NCBI GenBank assembly: GCA_029856105.1
Contig: JAHQWH010000004.1
Coordinates: 1 to 11,511, forward strand
Reading direction: 5' to 3'
Origin: Promethearchaeia archaeon
GTDB lineage: Archaea > Asgardarchaeota > Lokiarchaeia > Sigyniarchaeales > SOKP01
Length of the DNA stretch: 11,511 nucleotides
This document shows, in pieces, positions 1 to 7,970 of this stretch. Below the pieces are notes generated by a model that was given only the letters and a program-made list of their open reading frames with translations, was not told where the DNA came from and ran no database searches. Numbering within the stretch: position 1 is the first letter of the stretch; each line of letters begins with the position of its first letter. A program made the position numbers and the translations under genes.

Positions 1-56
1 TTTTTTTTTAATTTTTTAATTAAAATATTATAACAATCAATAAATGGATTATATAA

Positions 57-1307
57 ATGTTTAAATTAAAATTAAGGAACAAATCAAATTACAGCGTTCT
101 TATATTACTTTTAATCTTTATTAATTTTAGTTTATTAATATCTAATGTCTTATCTCATAGAACTGAAACTATATTCGGTTTTTCTACTGAAGATCAAATC
201 TACCCAAACGAATCTGTGAAATACATTTTTTCTAACAATATAATCTTTGAAATCTCGACAGATTCTTTTATTGACTTAGAAATCCAATATGAAAATAGAA
301 TTGAAAATCGTCAAATTTTCTTTCTTATTAATAATAGTAATCCGATTTCGTTAAATATCACCTCTAAAGTAACAATGCAAAGTTTTGGGATGGATAGACT
401 TCCTCAAGGACCAAAAAAAAGAGATTCTCAGTTTCAGTACAGGTATGATTGCATCTTTCAAATAAATACTAACACAACGATAGAAAATATGACTATTAGA
501 AGCCTTAAAAGATCTCTATACGGCTTTAATCCTAGTAATAGTTATTCTTTAGCCTTATACGAACCTTCGCAAGATTCGTGGGAAGTTATCAGTACAAATG
601 AACAATTAAATGAGTCCAGTTCTGAATATTCTTTAGAGGGGGCTCTTATTAACTTGCAAGCAGACACTGAATATTACATTACGTTTTTCGAAATTATCGA
701 GGTTTTTGATAATTGGATTTGGGTAATCATTTTGATAGTTGGTGCTATTGGGTTGGCCTCGCTTGCTATTTTAATTTCAAAAAAAGATTATTTCCAATAC
801 TTAAAAACTAGAACGATTCCAATTGAGAAAGGCGCTCATCGGCTAAGCTTAGAAGACGTTTTAGAGAACGAAAATAGGAATAAAATAATCGATTTAATTC
901 TAAATGAACCGGGCATTCATTTCAACGAGTTGTTAAGAAAAACCGAAATAGCTGCGGGTAATCTCGTGTGGCACCTCGATATATTAGAGACCTACAAGGT
1001 TATTGGGAAAAAGCGTATTGGGAATTTTATAGCGTATTTTCCGTATTACCAGAAGAATCCCATCTCAAATATTGATCTTCAATTAAGTAAGAGCAAAGTA
1101 ACTTTAGAAATCTTACAAATGATCGAAAAAGAACCGGGTCTATGGAATAGCATTATAACAAAACGCTTTAAGGTCGATCATAAAACTATTCAATATCACG
1201 TTAAAAAGCTAATAGATCTTAATTTAGTTCATTTCGAAAGCGAAGGAAGAAAAAAAAAGATATTTCCCAATCTAGATTCAGATTATTTCAATAACAAGAA
1301 AGAATAA
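57..1307 (+). CDS. Membrane-anchored tandem winged-helix transcriptional regulator (COG3398/ArsR-like) with N-terminal signal peptide and extracytoplasmic domain
   Basis: Basic N-terminus plus hydrophobic stretch (VLILLLIFINFSLLISNVLS), a ~185-aa beta-rich soluble region, one TM helix (WIWVIILIVGAIGLASLAILIS, from nt 714) followed by KK, then two wHTH units (ENENRNKIIDLILNEPGIHFNELLRKTEIAAGNLVWHLDILE and EILQMIEKEPGLWNSIITKRFKVDHKTIQYHVKKLIDLNLV). Confidence 0.85.
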   Translation: MFKLKLRNKSNYSVLILLLIFINFSLLISNVLSHRTETIFGFSTEDQIYPNESVKYIFSNNIIFEISTDSFIDLEIQYENRIENRQIFFLINNSNPISLNITSKVTMQSFGMDRLPQGPKKRDSQFQYRYDCIFQINTNTTIENMTIRSLKRSLYGFNPSNSYSLALYEPSQDSWEVISTNEQLNESSSEYSLEGALINLQADTEYYITFFEIIEVFDNWIWVIILIVGAIGLASLAILISKKDYFQYLKTRTIPIEKGAHRLSLEDVLENENRNKIIDLILNEPGIHFNELLRKTEIAAGNLVWHLDILETYKVIGKKRIGNFIAYFPYYQKNPISNIDLQLSKSKVTLEILQMIEKEPGLWNSIITKRFKVDHKTIQYHVKKLIDLNLVHFESEGRKKKIFPNLDSDYFNNKKE

Positions 1308-1412
1308 TTCTTCCCTACAATTTTTTACCAACCATTTAAAGAATTAATATTTCATTAAGATTATATTTAAATGATATTCAGATTTTGTAGCTTTAATTAG
1401 AACTAGTAATAG

Positions 1413-1931
1413 ATGTTGAAATACTGTATGATTAACCCAGAGGAATTTTTAGAATTTTTAAAAAGTAGAAGGAGCATAAGAAGCTTTCTCGATAAAATGA
1501 TTGCTGATAAGGACCTTGAAATGATTTTAGAGGCAGGAAGATGGACTCCAAGTGCTTCTAATAAGCAGCCCTGGGAGTTTATTATCATCAAAAATAAAGA
1601 ATTTTTAAAGGAAATTTCAGAATCAGCTATTTATAGTAAGTTTATGAAAAGAGCTCCTGTTGCTATAGCTATAGTTGGAAAAATTAAAGAAAATCCGAAT
1701 TGGTACATTCAAGACACAACATTAGTTTCAATGAATATGATGTTGATGGCTTGGTCTTTAGGAATAGGGACTTGTTGGATTGGTTCAATGGATAGGGAAA
1801 AAGCTAAAGAATTACTTAGTCTAGGGAAAGATGATTTTCTTTTAACAATCTTACCTTTTGGATATATTAAAGGAAACGTTCCGAAACCGACTCTAAGAAA
1901 ACCTATAGAACAAATAAAAAAAGAAATTTAA
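1413..1931 (+). CDS. Nitroreductase family protein (FMN-dependent oxidoreductase)
   Basis: Family motifs RRSIRSF, AGRWTPSASNKQPWEF and MMLMAWSLGIGTCWIG. The true start could be the in-frame ATG at 1428. Confidence 0.95.
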   Translation: MLKYCMINPEEFLEFLKSRRSIRSFLDKMIADKDLEMILEAGRWTPSASNKQPWEFIIIKNKEFLKEISESAIYSKFMKRAPVAIAIVGKIKENPNWYIQDTTLVSMNMMLMAWSLGIGTCWIGSMDREKAKELLSLGKDDFLLTILPFGYIKGNVPKPTLRKPIEQIKKEI

Positions 1932-1951
1932 ATTTTCATAAATCTTTTCTA

Positions 1952-3115
1952 TTATGAAATGATAAGGTCGTTAAGTTCTTCTGGTGCTTTCGTTAATTTA
2001 ACATAACCATCATCGGTTATTAAGACAGAGTCAGAATGACGGAAACCTCCAAGTCCCGGAATGTAAATACCGGGCTCAACGCTTATTAACATATTTGGTT
2101 CGAGAAGTCTATCATATCCCTCAGCTAAATACGGAGCCTCGTGTCCAGTAATTCCAAGCCCATGTCCAGTGCGGTGAATTATGTAATCACCATATCCTTT
2201 TTCAGTTATAAACTTTCTTACTTTACTATCTATTTCACCCATATTTGTTCCTGGTTTCAAAAGGTTATACGCAAGCTCTCTGGCCTGGAACATTGCTTCG
2301 AAAGGTTTCTTAGCCTTTTCTGGAACATGTTCTAAAAAGAAGGTTCTTTCTATTTCAACCCCATAGCCATCTACCTGAGCGTATACTATGGAAACATGTG
2401 GACCTCCTTCTTCCATTTCGGCAAAAAGTTTTGGAATTATATGCGGGTCGTGAGAAAAAGAGGGTGGCCAAACTGCTCCCACCGTTTTACAGACGATGAA
2501 ATTTGCGCTGGGTATATCTGTGACAATCTTCGAAGTCATAAATCCTGTGACTTTCTGATATAAAGCAAATTCCGGCACTCCAGGACGGCAAATTTTAAGC
2601 AATTCTTTATGTCCTCTATTAATAATTTTACAAGCATGGACAGACCTCCCGATTTCGTAATCAGTTTTTACAATTCGCACTTCGTCTATAATGTCTGTAA
2701 TTACTTTACTTCCAGGCGTTTTTTCAGCTATCCCAGATGGCATTGCAGCCTCGATCCCCACTTTTTTCTCTTTTTCAATTAGTTTTTGGTATATATCGTA
2801 CCAATTTTCTCCTTGGGGTGCTGGGAATTCGTAATAACTATGAAATTCAAGTTCGCCTATAGATCTGGACTCAACATGGCTTTTTTCTAAGAGGGGAACC
2901 ACCATTTTAGGTATTCCTTCTCTTTCTATAATGAGGAGAAACGGACGTTCGTGTACGTTATTAGCAAAATTAGTTAAATAATAAATATTAATTGGATCAA
3001 ATGACACATAGTAATCCAAATTCTCTTGTAACATCAAGTTTCTTACTTTTCCTAAACGATTGGAAAGTTCCTCTAGATTTGGTGGTGCTGTAATACCTTT
3101 TGGTTTATCATTCAT
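1952..3115 (-). CDS. M24 family (Xaa-Pro peptidase/creatinase-like) hydrolase
   Basis: Creatinase_N-like start (RLGKVRNLM...NIYYLTNF) and pita-bread domain motifs HRTGHGLG..GHEAPYL, SVEPGIYIPGLGGFRHSD. Confidence 0.93.
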   Translation of the reverse strand: MNDKPKGITAPPNLEELSNRLGKVRNLMLQENLDYYVSFDPINIYYLTNFANNVHERPFLLIIEREGIPKMVVPLLEKSHVESRSIGELEFHSYYEFPAPQGENWYDIYQKLIEKEKKVGIEAAMPSGIAEKTPGSKVITDIIDEVRIVKTDYEIGRSVHACKIINRGHKELLKICRPGVPEFALYQKVTGFMTSKIVTDIPSANFIVCKTVGAVWPPSFSHDPHIIPKLFAEMEEGGPHVSIVYAQVDGYGVEIERTFFLEHVPEKAKKPFEAMFQARELAYNLLKPGTNMGEIDSKVRKFITEKGYGDYIIHRTGHGLGITGHEAPYLAEGYDRLLEPNMLISVEPGIYIPGLGGFRHSDSVLITDDGYVKLTKAPEELNDLIIS

Positions 3116-3388
3116 GATTTTTTCACTAAAAATAATTTATTATTGTATATTGAATAAGATTTTTTGATTAAAAAATTTATTAATCGCAAAGTTTCTCGAT
3201 TTGTCTTATCGCCCAAGTCCTTCAATTGCTTAAAATATTTGGATCAAACCCATTTTGAAGGTAATTTGAGGAATCTTCAATCTTTTAGCAAAATTTGACT
3301 AATTTGTCATAAACTACGATTTCTTAACCTTTTTAAGATAAGAGAAGATAATTAAATTATTAGTTAATAATTATTACAATTAAAATTG

Positions 3389-3397
3389 AAGGTGATA
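3389..3397 (+). promoter_or_regulatory. Shine-Dalgarno-like ribosome binding site (AAGGTGATA)
   Basis: GGTGA at 3391-3395, 6 nt upstream of the ATG at 3402; this is the typical archaeal SD core. Confidence 0.7.
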
Positions 3398-3401
3398 TCA
3401 A

Positions 3402-3791
3402 ATGAAGAAAGGAAATGCAACTGCAGCAATGATATTTTTTGTCTTTTTTATAATTATTTCGATTGGTATAGCTTATGGCCTTGGTACAACCGCAGGAATT
3501 GACTTTGAAATAGCAATAGTTGTTTTTGTGGAATGTGTTCTTCTTTGTGTGACAGCTTTTTTAATTCCAGGAATTTTTTGTCTATTAGGAAAGCATTATG
3601 GCACAAAGGTATGGTATTATGCTTTAATCCCAGTAACTATATTATTGATTTTAATATATACCATGGTGGTTGCCATATTAGCTCCCACATCATTCATAAG
3701 TAATTTCCTAGAATTTTTGGGCTTAGGCATTGGAGCTTCCGTAGTATTGGCCATTATTGTACTGTGTGCGAGCTATGATGAATTTGCTTAA
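3402..3791 (+). CDS. Hypothetical small membrane protein, about 4 TM helices
   Basis: Four hydrophobic segments in 129 aa, a good SD upstream and a T9 tract directly after the stop. No family recognised. Confidence 0.8.
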   Translation: MKKGNATAAMIFFVFFIIISIGIAYGLGTTAGIDFEIAIVVFVECVLLCVTAFLIPGIFCLLGKHYGTKVWYYALIPVTILLILIYTMVVAILAPTSFISNFLEFLGLGIGASVVLAIIVLCASYDEFA

Positions 3792-3800
3792 TTTTTTTTT
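3792..3800 (+). terminator. Putative archaeal oligo-T terminator
   Basis: T9 immediately after the TAA of the 3402..3791 gene. Specificity is low in AT-rich DNA. Confidence 0.45.
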
Positions 3801-3844
3801 ATAACTTAATATGATGCTTCTATTTAAGGTTATAATAGTGATGT

Positions 3845-3902
3845 TATATACCACATAAATTTTTTTTTTATTTAAAAAATATAGTATATACACCATAAAT
3901 TT
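3845..3902. repeat. Imperfect 18-bp direct repeat at 40-bp spacing
   Basis: TATATACCACATAAATTT (3845-3862) and TATATACACCATAAATTT (3885-3902), 16/18 identical. Confidence 0.6.
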
Positions 3903-4094
3903 ATAAATAAAATTTTTAAAAATAAAAACAATAGAATAAATTCTACAAAAAAATTAGATTCATCATCAAGGGATTTGATCAAAGTATAAATTTATAGTTC
4001 AATCCGAGAAATTTAAGAAAAAATAACTGATTTCGTCAAAACAAATTGAAGTAACAATATTGACATTTTCGGTCATATAATATTTAAAAAATAA

Positions 4095-6605
4095 TTATAT
4101 AATTAGGACGCTAGGAAAGAAGTTTTGTCCGGTTATCGCTAAAACTACATTTAATATTAAGCCTGGAATAATTGTATTCGTTTTGGCAAAAAGGTAAGAT
4201 AATATTAAGCCAATAACAAATAAATATACCCATAGAATTATTAATGGAAAGAATGGATTTGGTAAATATATGAAAATAAAAACCATAGGAATTAAATTGA
4301 ATATGGAAGAAATTAATCCACTATAAATAATTGCTACTCTCTCCTTATTGGATTTTAATAGTTTGGTCAATATAAGACCACGAAGAGCTATTTCCTGCCA
4401 AAAATTTCTAGATATTATAAGTAAAATGTTGAAAAAATAATAGGGGATTAATATTGGAAATGAAGGAAGACTGTAATTCAATGTATATAATATTATATTA
4501 ATTGAATAGATACCAATAAACGCAATTAATACTCTTATCATATACTGCGTAAACTTTCTTAACCAACTAACTCCAATATCGTTAAAATATTGTGTTAAAG
4601 TTTTTTTACCAAAGGGAAACCCAAAAACTTTTGGAATTATCAGAAAGATGAAGGATGTATAGACTAAATTATAGCCTCCAAAAGACAATAGAAATAATAA
4701 AGCAGCAGTTGAATTGTAATATGGCTCCAATAATGGAGGATTTAAACCGATTATATAATTTGCAAGAATTCCAAATATATAATAAAAAACTAGTATTATT
4801 ATAAAGGATTCCCATGTATGTTGTGTTAACCAAGTGCCACTTTCTTTCACTTGATGCTTTGAGACGAATAATACTCGTTTTGCCTCTTTTTTAATCTTGA
4901 TTTTGGGAAACATGGAGTCAAATATCAAAATAATAAAAGTAAATCCAAAGATTACTACGAAAACAAAAAATAGTCCCATTTCTAAAAAACCAATAATATA
5001 GTATATGTAAAGGGCCAACGTGAAAATCCAGATAAAGATGAATATATTAGAAAGGTAAATGATTGCCCATTTTGTAGATTTCTTTTCCTGTAAAACTTCT
5101 TCCAGAACATAATGATTTTTCATTTTACCAAAATAATGAACTCTTAATAGAAAGAAGGAAAGTAGAAAAATAGATGCAAATGGTAGTGTCCATAAAGAAA
5201 TTAAGAATACAGATAAAAATCTTCCATTGTTAAGTAAGAATAATGGAGGAGTTAACACCGAAATCATCTGAATTATTATCATAAGTAGTAATTTTGCTCT
5301 TGCTCGTTCTCGAGGGATTATTGGTAAGGATGCTAGAATTGTCTCGCCAGATTCTTCTATATTTAACAAACTAAAGACTATCATTCCGGCCACAATTACC
5401 TGAAAGCCCAGATTTATCAACCAATCATAAATTCCCGTAGATTGTAGGAATGTTATTTCTCCTAACCCTGCTAAGTTGTAAGATAGTGTGAAAATATAAG
5501 ATAAGATTATTGGCATTATGAAAGACATTAATGTTTTAATATCTCGTGTGCTTGTAATGAAATCTTTTCTGATGTACGCTTGAACAGGGGATCTTACTTT
5601 AAGTGTTAATTTTTTATTACCATTAGAGACTTGTTGCTTTTTAATAATTGAATATTTTGAAAATGAAACTTTTTCTAAACTTTTAAGAGTCCTACCACAT
5701 ACTAACCATGTTAAGAGAATAAATATCGCCAATCCAATTATGCTGTTTAACCATAATTTAAATGATACTTGTTCTGGAGAAATAAATAATGCAATAATGT
5801 AACTAGGATTGAATGGAAAGGGGATAAGAGATAGTATTGAATTAACGATCGAGGGACTATCTATACTCACAAACCAGTTAAAAATTGAATCTATTGAACT
5901 GATGGAGAATTGAATTGAATAAACACTAACTATTATGATAATTATATAACTAAACATATGAAATAATCGAACTAAATTTGTCTTCTGTGAACCTAAATCA
6001 TTAATATCTAATATCCGATTGAGTCTCACACAAAAAAAAATTAATAAACTAAATGCAAATATAGTGTTTAATACACTCATTCCAAAACAGATAAAAAACA
6101 ATGTAAGGTTTAGAGTACCAATTAGTATGATAGTAGGAAAAGCGATTAAAGATATAATAATGGGAAGATCAAGGCTGCGAAAAATCGTAAAAAAGACCAT
6201 TCTTCTTAAAGATTCTCTTGGCAGTGGTAGTGTCTCATACCATTTGAATATTTTACCTGATATAATCATTGTAGTTTTGAACATCCCTAAGAGAAAAAAG
6301 TTAAAAAATTGGAGCGAGAAATAAATTACAAAAAGTAGACTTCCCGTAAAAACAATTAAATCTGTTGAAAGTGTTCCACTAGTTAGTTGATGATTTATTT
6401 GAATGTATGTTAGAAGTGGAATAATTGGTAAGATGATAAACATTACTGAACTGGTTATTTTTGTCATCAACTCTTTCTTTCTTAAGGTTTCCTTGTTCTT
6501 CTTGTAATTTTCAAAAAATCTTGATTGATAAGAGCCAACATACTGTAATTGTTCTTCGATTAAAATTTCCATAGAGTTAATTTTTGCTAATGATAGTATT
6601 CTCAT
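4095..6605 (-). CDS. Polytopic membrane protein: internally duplicated ABC-2-type permease-like region fused to a C-terminal degenerate CPBP (CAAX protease/Abi) domain
   Basis: Many TM segments. Repeated coupling-helix-like motifs WYETLPLPRESL and EESGETILASLPIIPRERARAK, plus YIRKDFITSTRD at the start of the second half. The C-terminal region has CPBP-like spacing: FWQEIALRG...SGLISSIFN...KTNTIIPGLILN. Confidence 0.7.
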   Translation of the reverse strand: MRILSLAKINSMEILIEEQLQYVGSYQSRFFENYKKNKETLRKKELMTKITSSVMFIILPIIPLLTYIQINHQLTSGTLSTDLIVFTGSLLFVIYFSLQFFNFFLLGMFKTTMIISGKIFKWYETLPLPRESLRRMVFFTIFRSLDLPIIISLIAFPTIILIGTLNLTLFFICFGMSVLNTIFAFSLLIFFCVRLNRILDINDLGSQKTNLVRLFHMFSYIIIIIVSVYSIQFSISSIDSIFNWFVSIDSPSIVNSILSLIPFPFNPSYIIALFISPEQVSFKLWLNSIIGLAIFILLTWLVCGRTLKSLEKVSFSKYSIIKKQQVSNGNKKLTLKVRSPVQAYIRKDFITSTRDIKTLMSFIMPIILSYIFTLSYNLAGLGEITFLQSTGIYDWLINLGFQVIVAGMIVFSLLNIEESGETILASLPIIPRERARAKLLLMIIIQMISVLTPPLFLLNNGRFLSVFLISLWTLPFASIFLLSFFLLRVHYFGKMKNHYVLEEVLQEKKSTKWAIIYLSNIFIFIWIFTLALYIYYIIGFLEMGLFFVFVVIFGFTFIILIFDSMFPKIKIKKEAKRVLFVSKHQVKESGTWLTQHTWESFIIILVFYYIFGILANYIIGLNPPLLEPYYNSTAALLFLLSFGGYNLVYTSFIFLIIPKVFGFPFGKKTLTQYFNDIGVSWLRKFTQYMIRVLIAFIGIYSINIILYTLNYSLPSFPILIPYYFFNILLIISRNFWQEIALRGLILTKLLKSNKERVAIIYSGLISSIFNLIPMVFIFIYLPNPFFPLIILWVYLFVIGLILSYLFAKTNTIIPGLILNVVLAITGQNFFPSVLII

Positions 6606-6609
6606 GCTA

Positions 6610-7797
6610 TTACCTTTTTCCTCGTATATTTTTAACTTTTTTATTATTTAATACTTTTTTTGAGATATATATCAACGTTAATAAACCAAATAGTCCAAAA
6701 AATGATATAATTAAAGAAATTATGTCACCTTCTTGTTGGTTATTTGAGTTAATAAAATTGAATAATGAAGAACTATCAATATTATAATGGAGTCTGTTCT
6801 GATCCAATAAATTATCTTGAAAGCGATTATCATTTGAACCATCTAAAAGAGAAATACCATAGAAATTATTTAGAATAAGATTACTTGATACATAATTAGC
6901 TAAACTTCTCTTAAATAATATAGCGCTCGACTTACTATTAGTAATAATATTTTCATGAAGAATATTATCCCGACTTTCATGGAGATAAATTCCATTCTGT
7001 ACATTTTTACTAATATTGTTCTGCTCAATAATATTATTACTTGTATATAATAAAACAACGCCATTTTCATTATTTTCAAATAAATTAAAAAATATATAGT
7101 TGGACATTCCATTAGAAAATGAAATCCCCGCTTTATCACTGTTAAGTAAGAAATTATCAGAAATAAAATTCTCCTTACTATTAGTAACGAATATACTATG
7201 AGAATTACTACGGAATTCATTTCTCAGAATATCATTCCCAAAACCATTTTTAATATCTATAGCAACATTGTTATCATTAAATATATTATTTCCTATATCA
7301 CTATGTGCAGTATTAACAAATTTAATGCCAGTTTGGTTATCAGTGATATTACATTTATCAACCAATACATTATTACAGTCTAAAGCATGAATACCTTGAG
7401 AATTATTATATATATTGCTTAAAACCACTCTACTGTACACTGTATTTTTCAATAAAACTCCGGTATCGGAATTAAATATACTACAATTAATTATCATGAA
7501 GTGTGAAGCTGTATTTTCAACTATAACACAGACTTTCGAGGAAGATAATATTAAATTTACAATGCGATAGGGATCTGCATATGTACCTGAACCTGAACAC
7601 CAATCATAATTTACAATAGTTTCTGACCAGTTATCATCAATGTGTATAGTATAATCAATATTCCAAAACCCTGAAGAATTATAATCTAGTTTGAACTTAT
7701 CATTCTCTTCTTCAAGCAGAATAGGAGTATTTCTGTCTAATAATATTCCAATATTCCCGAAGAAAAAGAGGAAAAAAAAAAAAATAATCTTTATCAT
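6610..7797 (-). CDS. Membrane-anchored right-handed parallel beta-helix (NosD/CASH/pectin-lyase-like) surface protein
   Basis: Hydrophobic N-terminus, cap motif IHIDDNW...DWCSGSGTYADPYRI, many ~22-aa Asn-rich repeats (e.g. GIYLHESRDNILHENIITN), and a C-terminal TM helix with a Lys/Arg-rich tail. Its stop lies 4 nt before the ATG of the 836-aa gene. Confidence 0.88.
   Translation of the reverse strand: MIKIIFFFFLFFFGNIGILLDRNTPILLEEENDKFKLDYNSSGFWNIDYTIHIDDNWSETIVNYDWCSGSGTYADPYRIVNLILSSSKVCVIVENTASHFMIINCSIFNSDTGVLLKNTVYSRVVLSNIYNNSQGIHALDCNNVLVDKCNITDNQTGIKFVNTAHSDIGNNIFNDNNVAIDIKNGFGNDILRNEFRSNSHSIFVTNSKENFISDNFLLNSDKAGISFSNGMSNYIFFNLFENNENGVVLLYTSNNIIEQNNISKNVQNGIYLHESRDNILHENIITNSKSSAILFKRSLANYVSSNLILNNFYGISLLDGSNDNRFQDNLLDQNRLHYNIDSSSLFNFINSNNQQEGDIISLIISFFGLFGLLTLIYISKKVLNNKKVKNIRGKR
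7772..7784 (-). repeat. T13 homopolymer in codons 5-9 of the beta-helix gene
   Basis: A13 on the + strand, encoding IFFFF. It is the longest homopolymer I found in the window. Confidence 0.9.
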
Positions 7798-7970
7798 GGT
7801 TCCATGTATTTATTTCAGCGTTTATTAAGATTTCTTCCGTATACAAATAAAGTTTTCTCTCAGAAACATAATAATTTATTAAGAATCTGACGAAATTTCC
7901 TAGTTTAAGCCAGATTCTAGTAATTTTAAGATTTATTGTTGATTTAAAATTTAGGTATATACACCTGATT

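Noticed and set aside
1403-1591. 62-aa minus-strand ORF
   Set aside because: Antisense shadow of the nitroreductase, with no recognisable motif.
2141-2335. 64-aa plus-strand ORF
   Set aside because: Lies entirely antisense within the M24 hydrolase gene.
3180-3323. Minus-strand frame reading EIVVYDKLVKFC*KIEDSSNYLQNGFDPNILSN*RTWAIRQIEKLCD*, a possible gene remnant or TGA-recoded peptide
   Set aside because: No clear start codon, interrupted by TAA as well as TGA, no recognisable family and no SECIS-like hairpin seen. A tBLASTx search would be needed to revive it.
3957-3968. C-box-like ATGATGA on the minus strand (possible C/D box sRNA)
   Set aside because: No CTGA D-box at a suitable distance downstream on that strand.
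6019-6324. 101-aa plus-strand ORF
   Set aside because: Antisense to the membrane protein gene; its Lys/Ile/Asn richness mirrors Phe/Ile/Leu codons on the coding strand.
6584-6787. 67-aa plus-strand ORF
   Set aside because: Antisense overlap of two well-supported genes.
6900-7383. 106-aa alternative-frame ORF (6900..7220, -) and 61-aa antisense ORF (7198..7383, +)
   Set aside because: Both are nested within the continuous beta-helix gene, whose repeats run uninterrupted in the main frame.
6610-7797. Calling the beta-helix gene nosD (N2O reductase maturation)
   Set aside because: The fold is similar, but there is no nosZ, nosF or nosL nearby and the fold is widespread in archaeal surface proteins.
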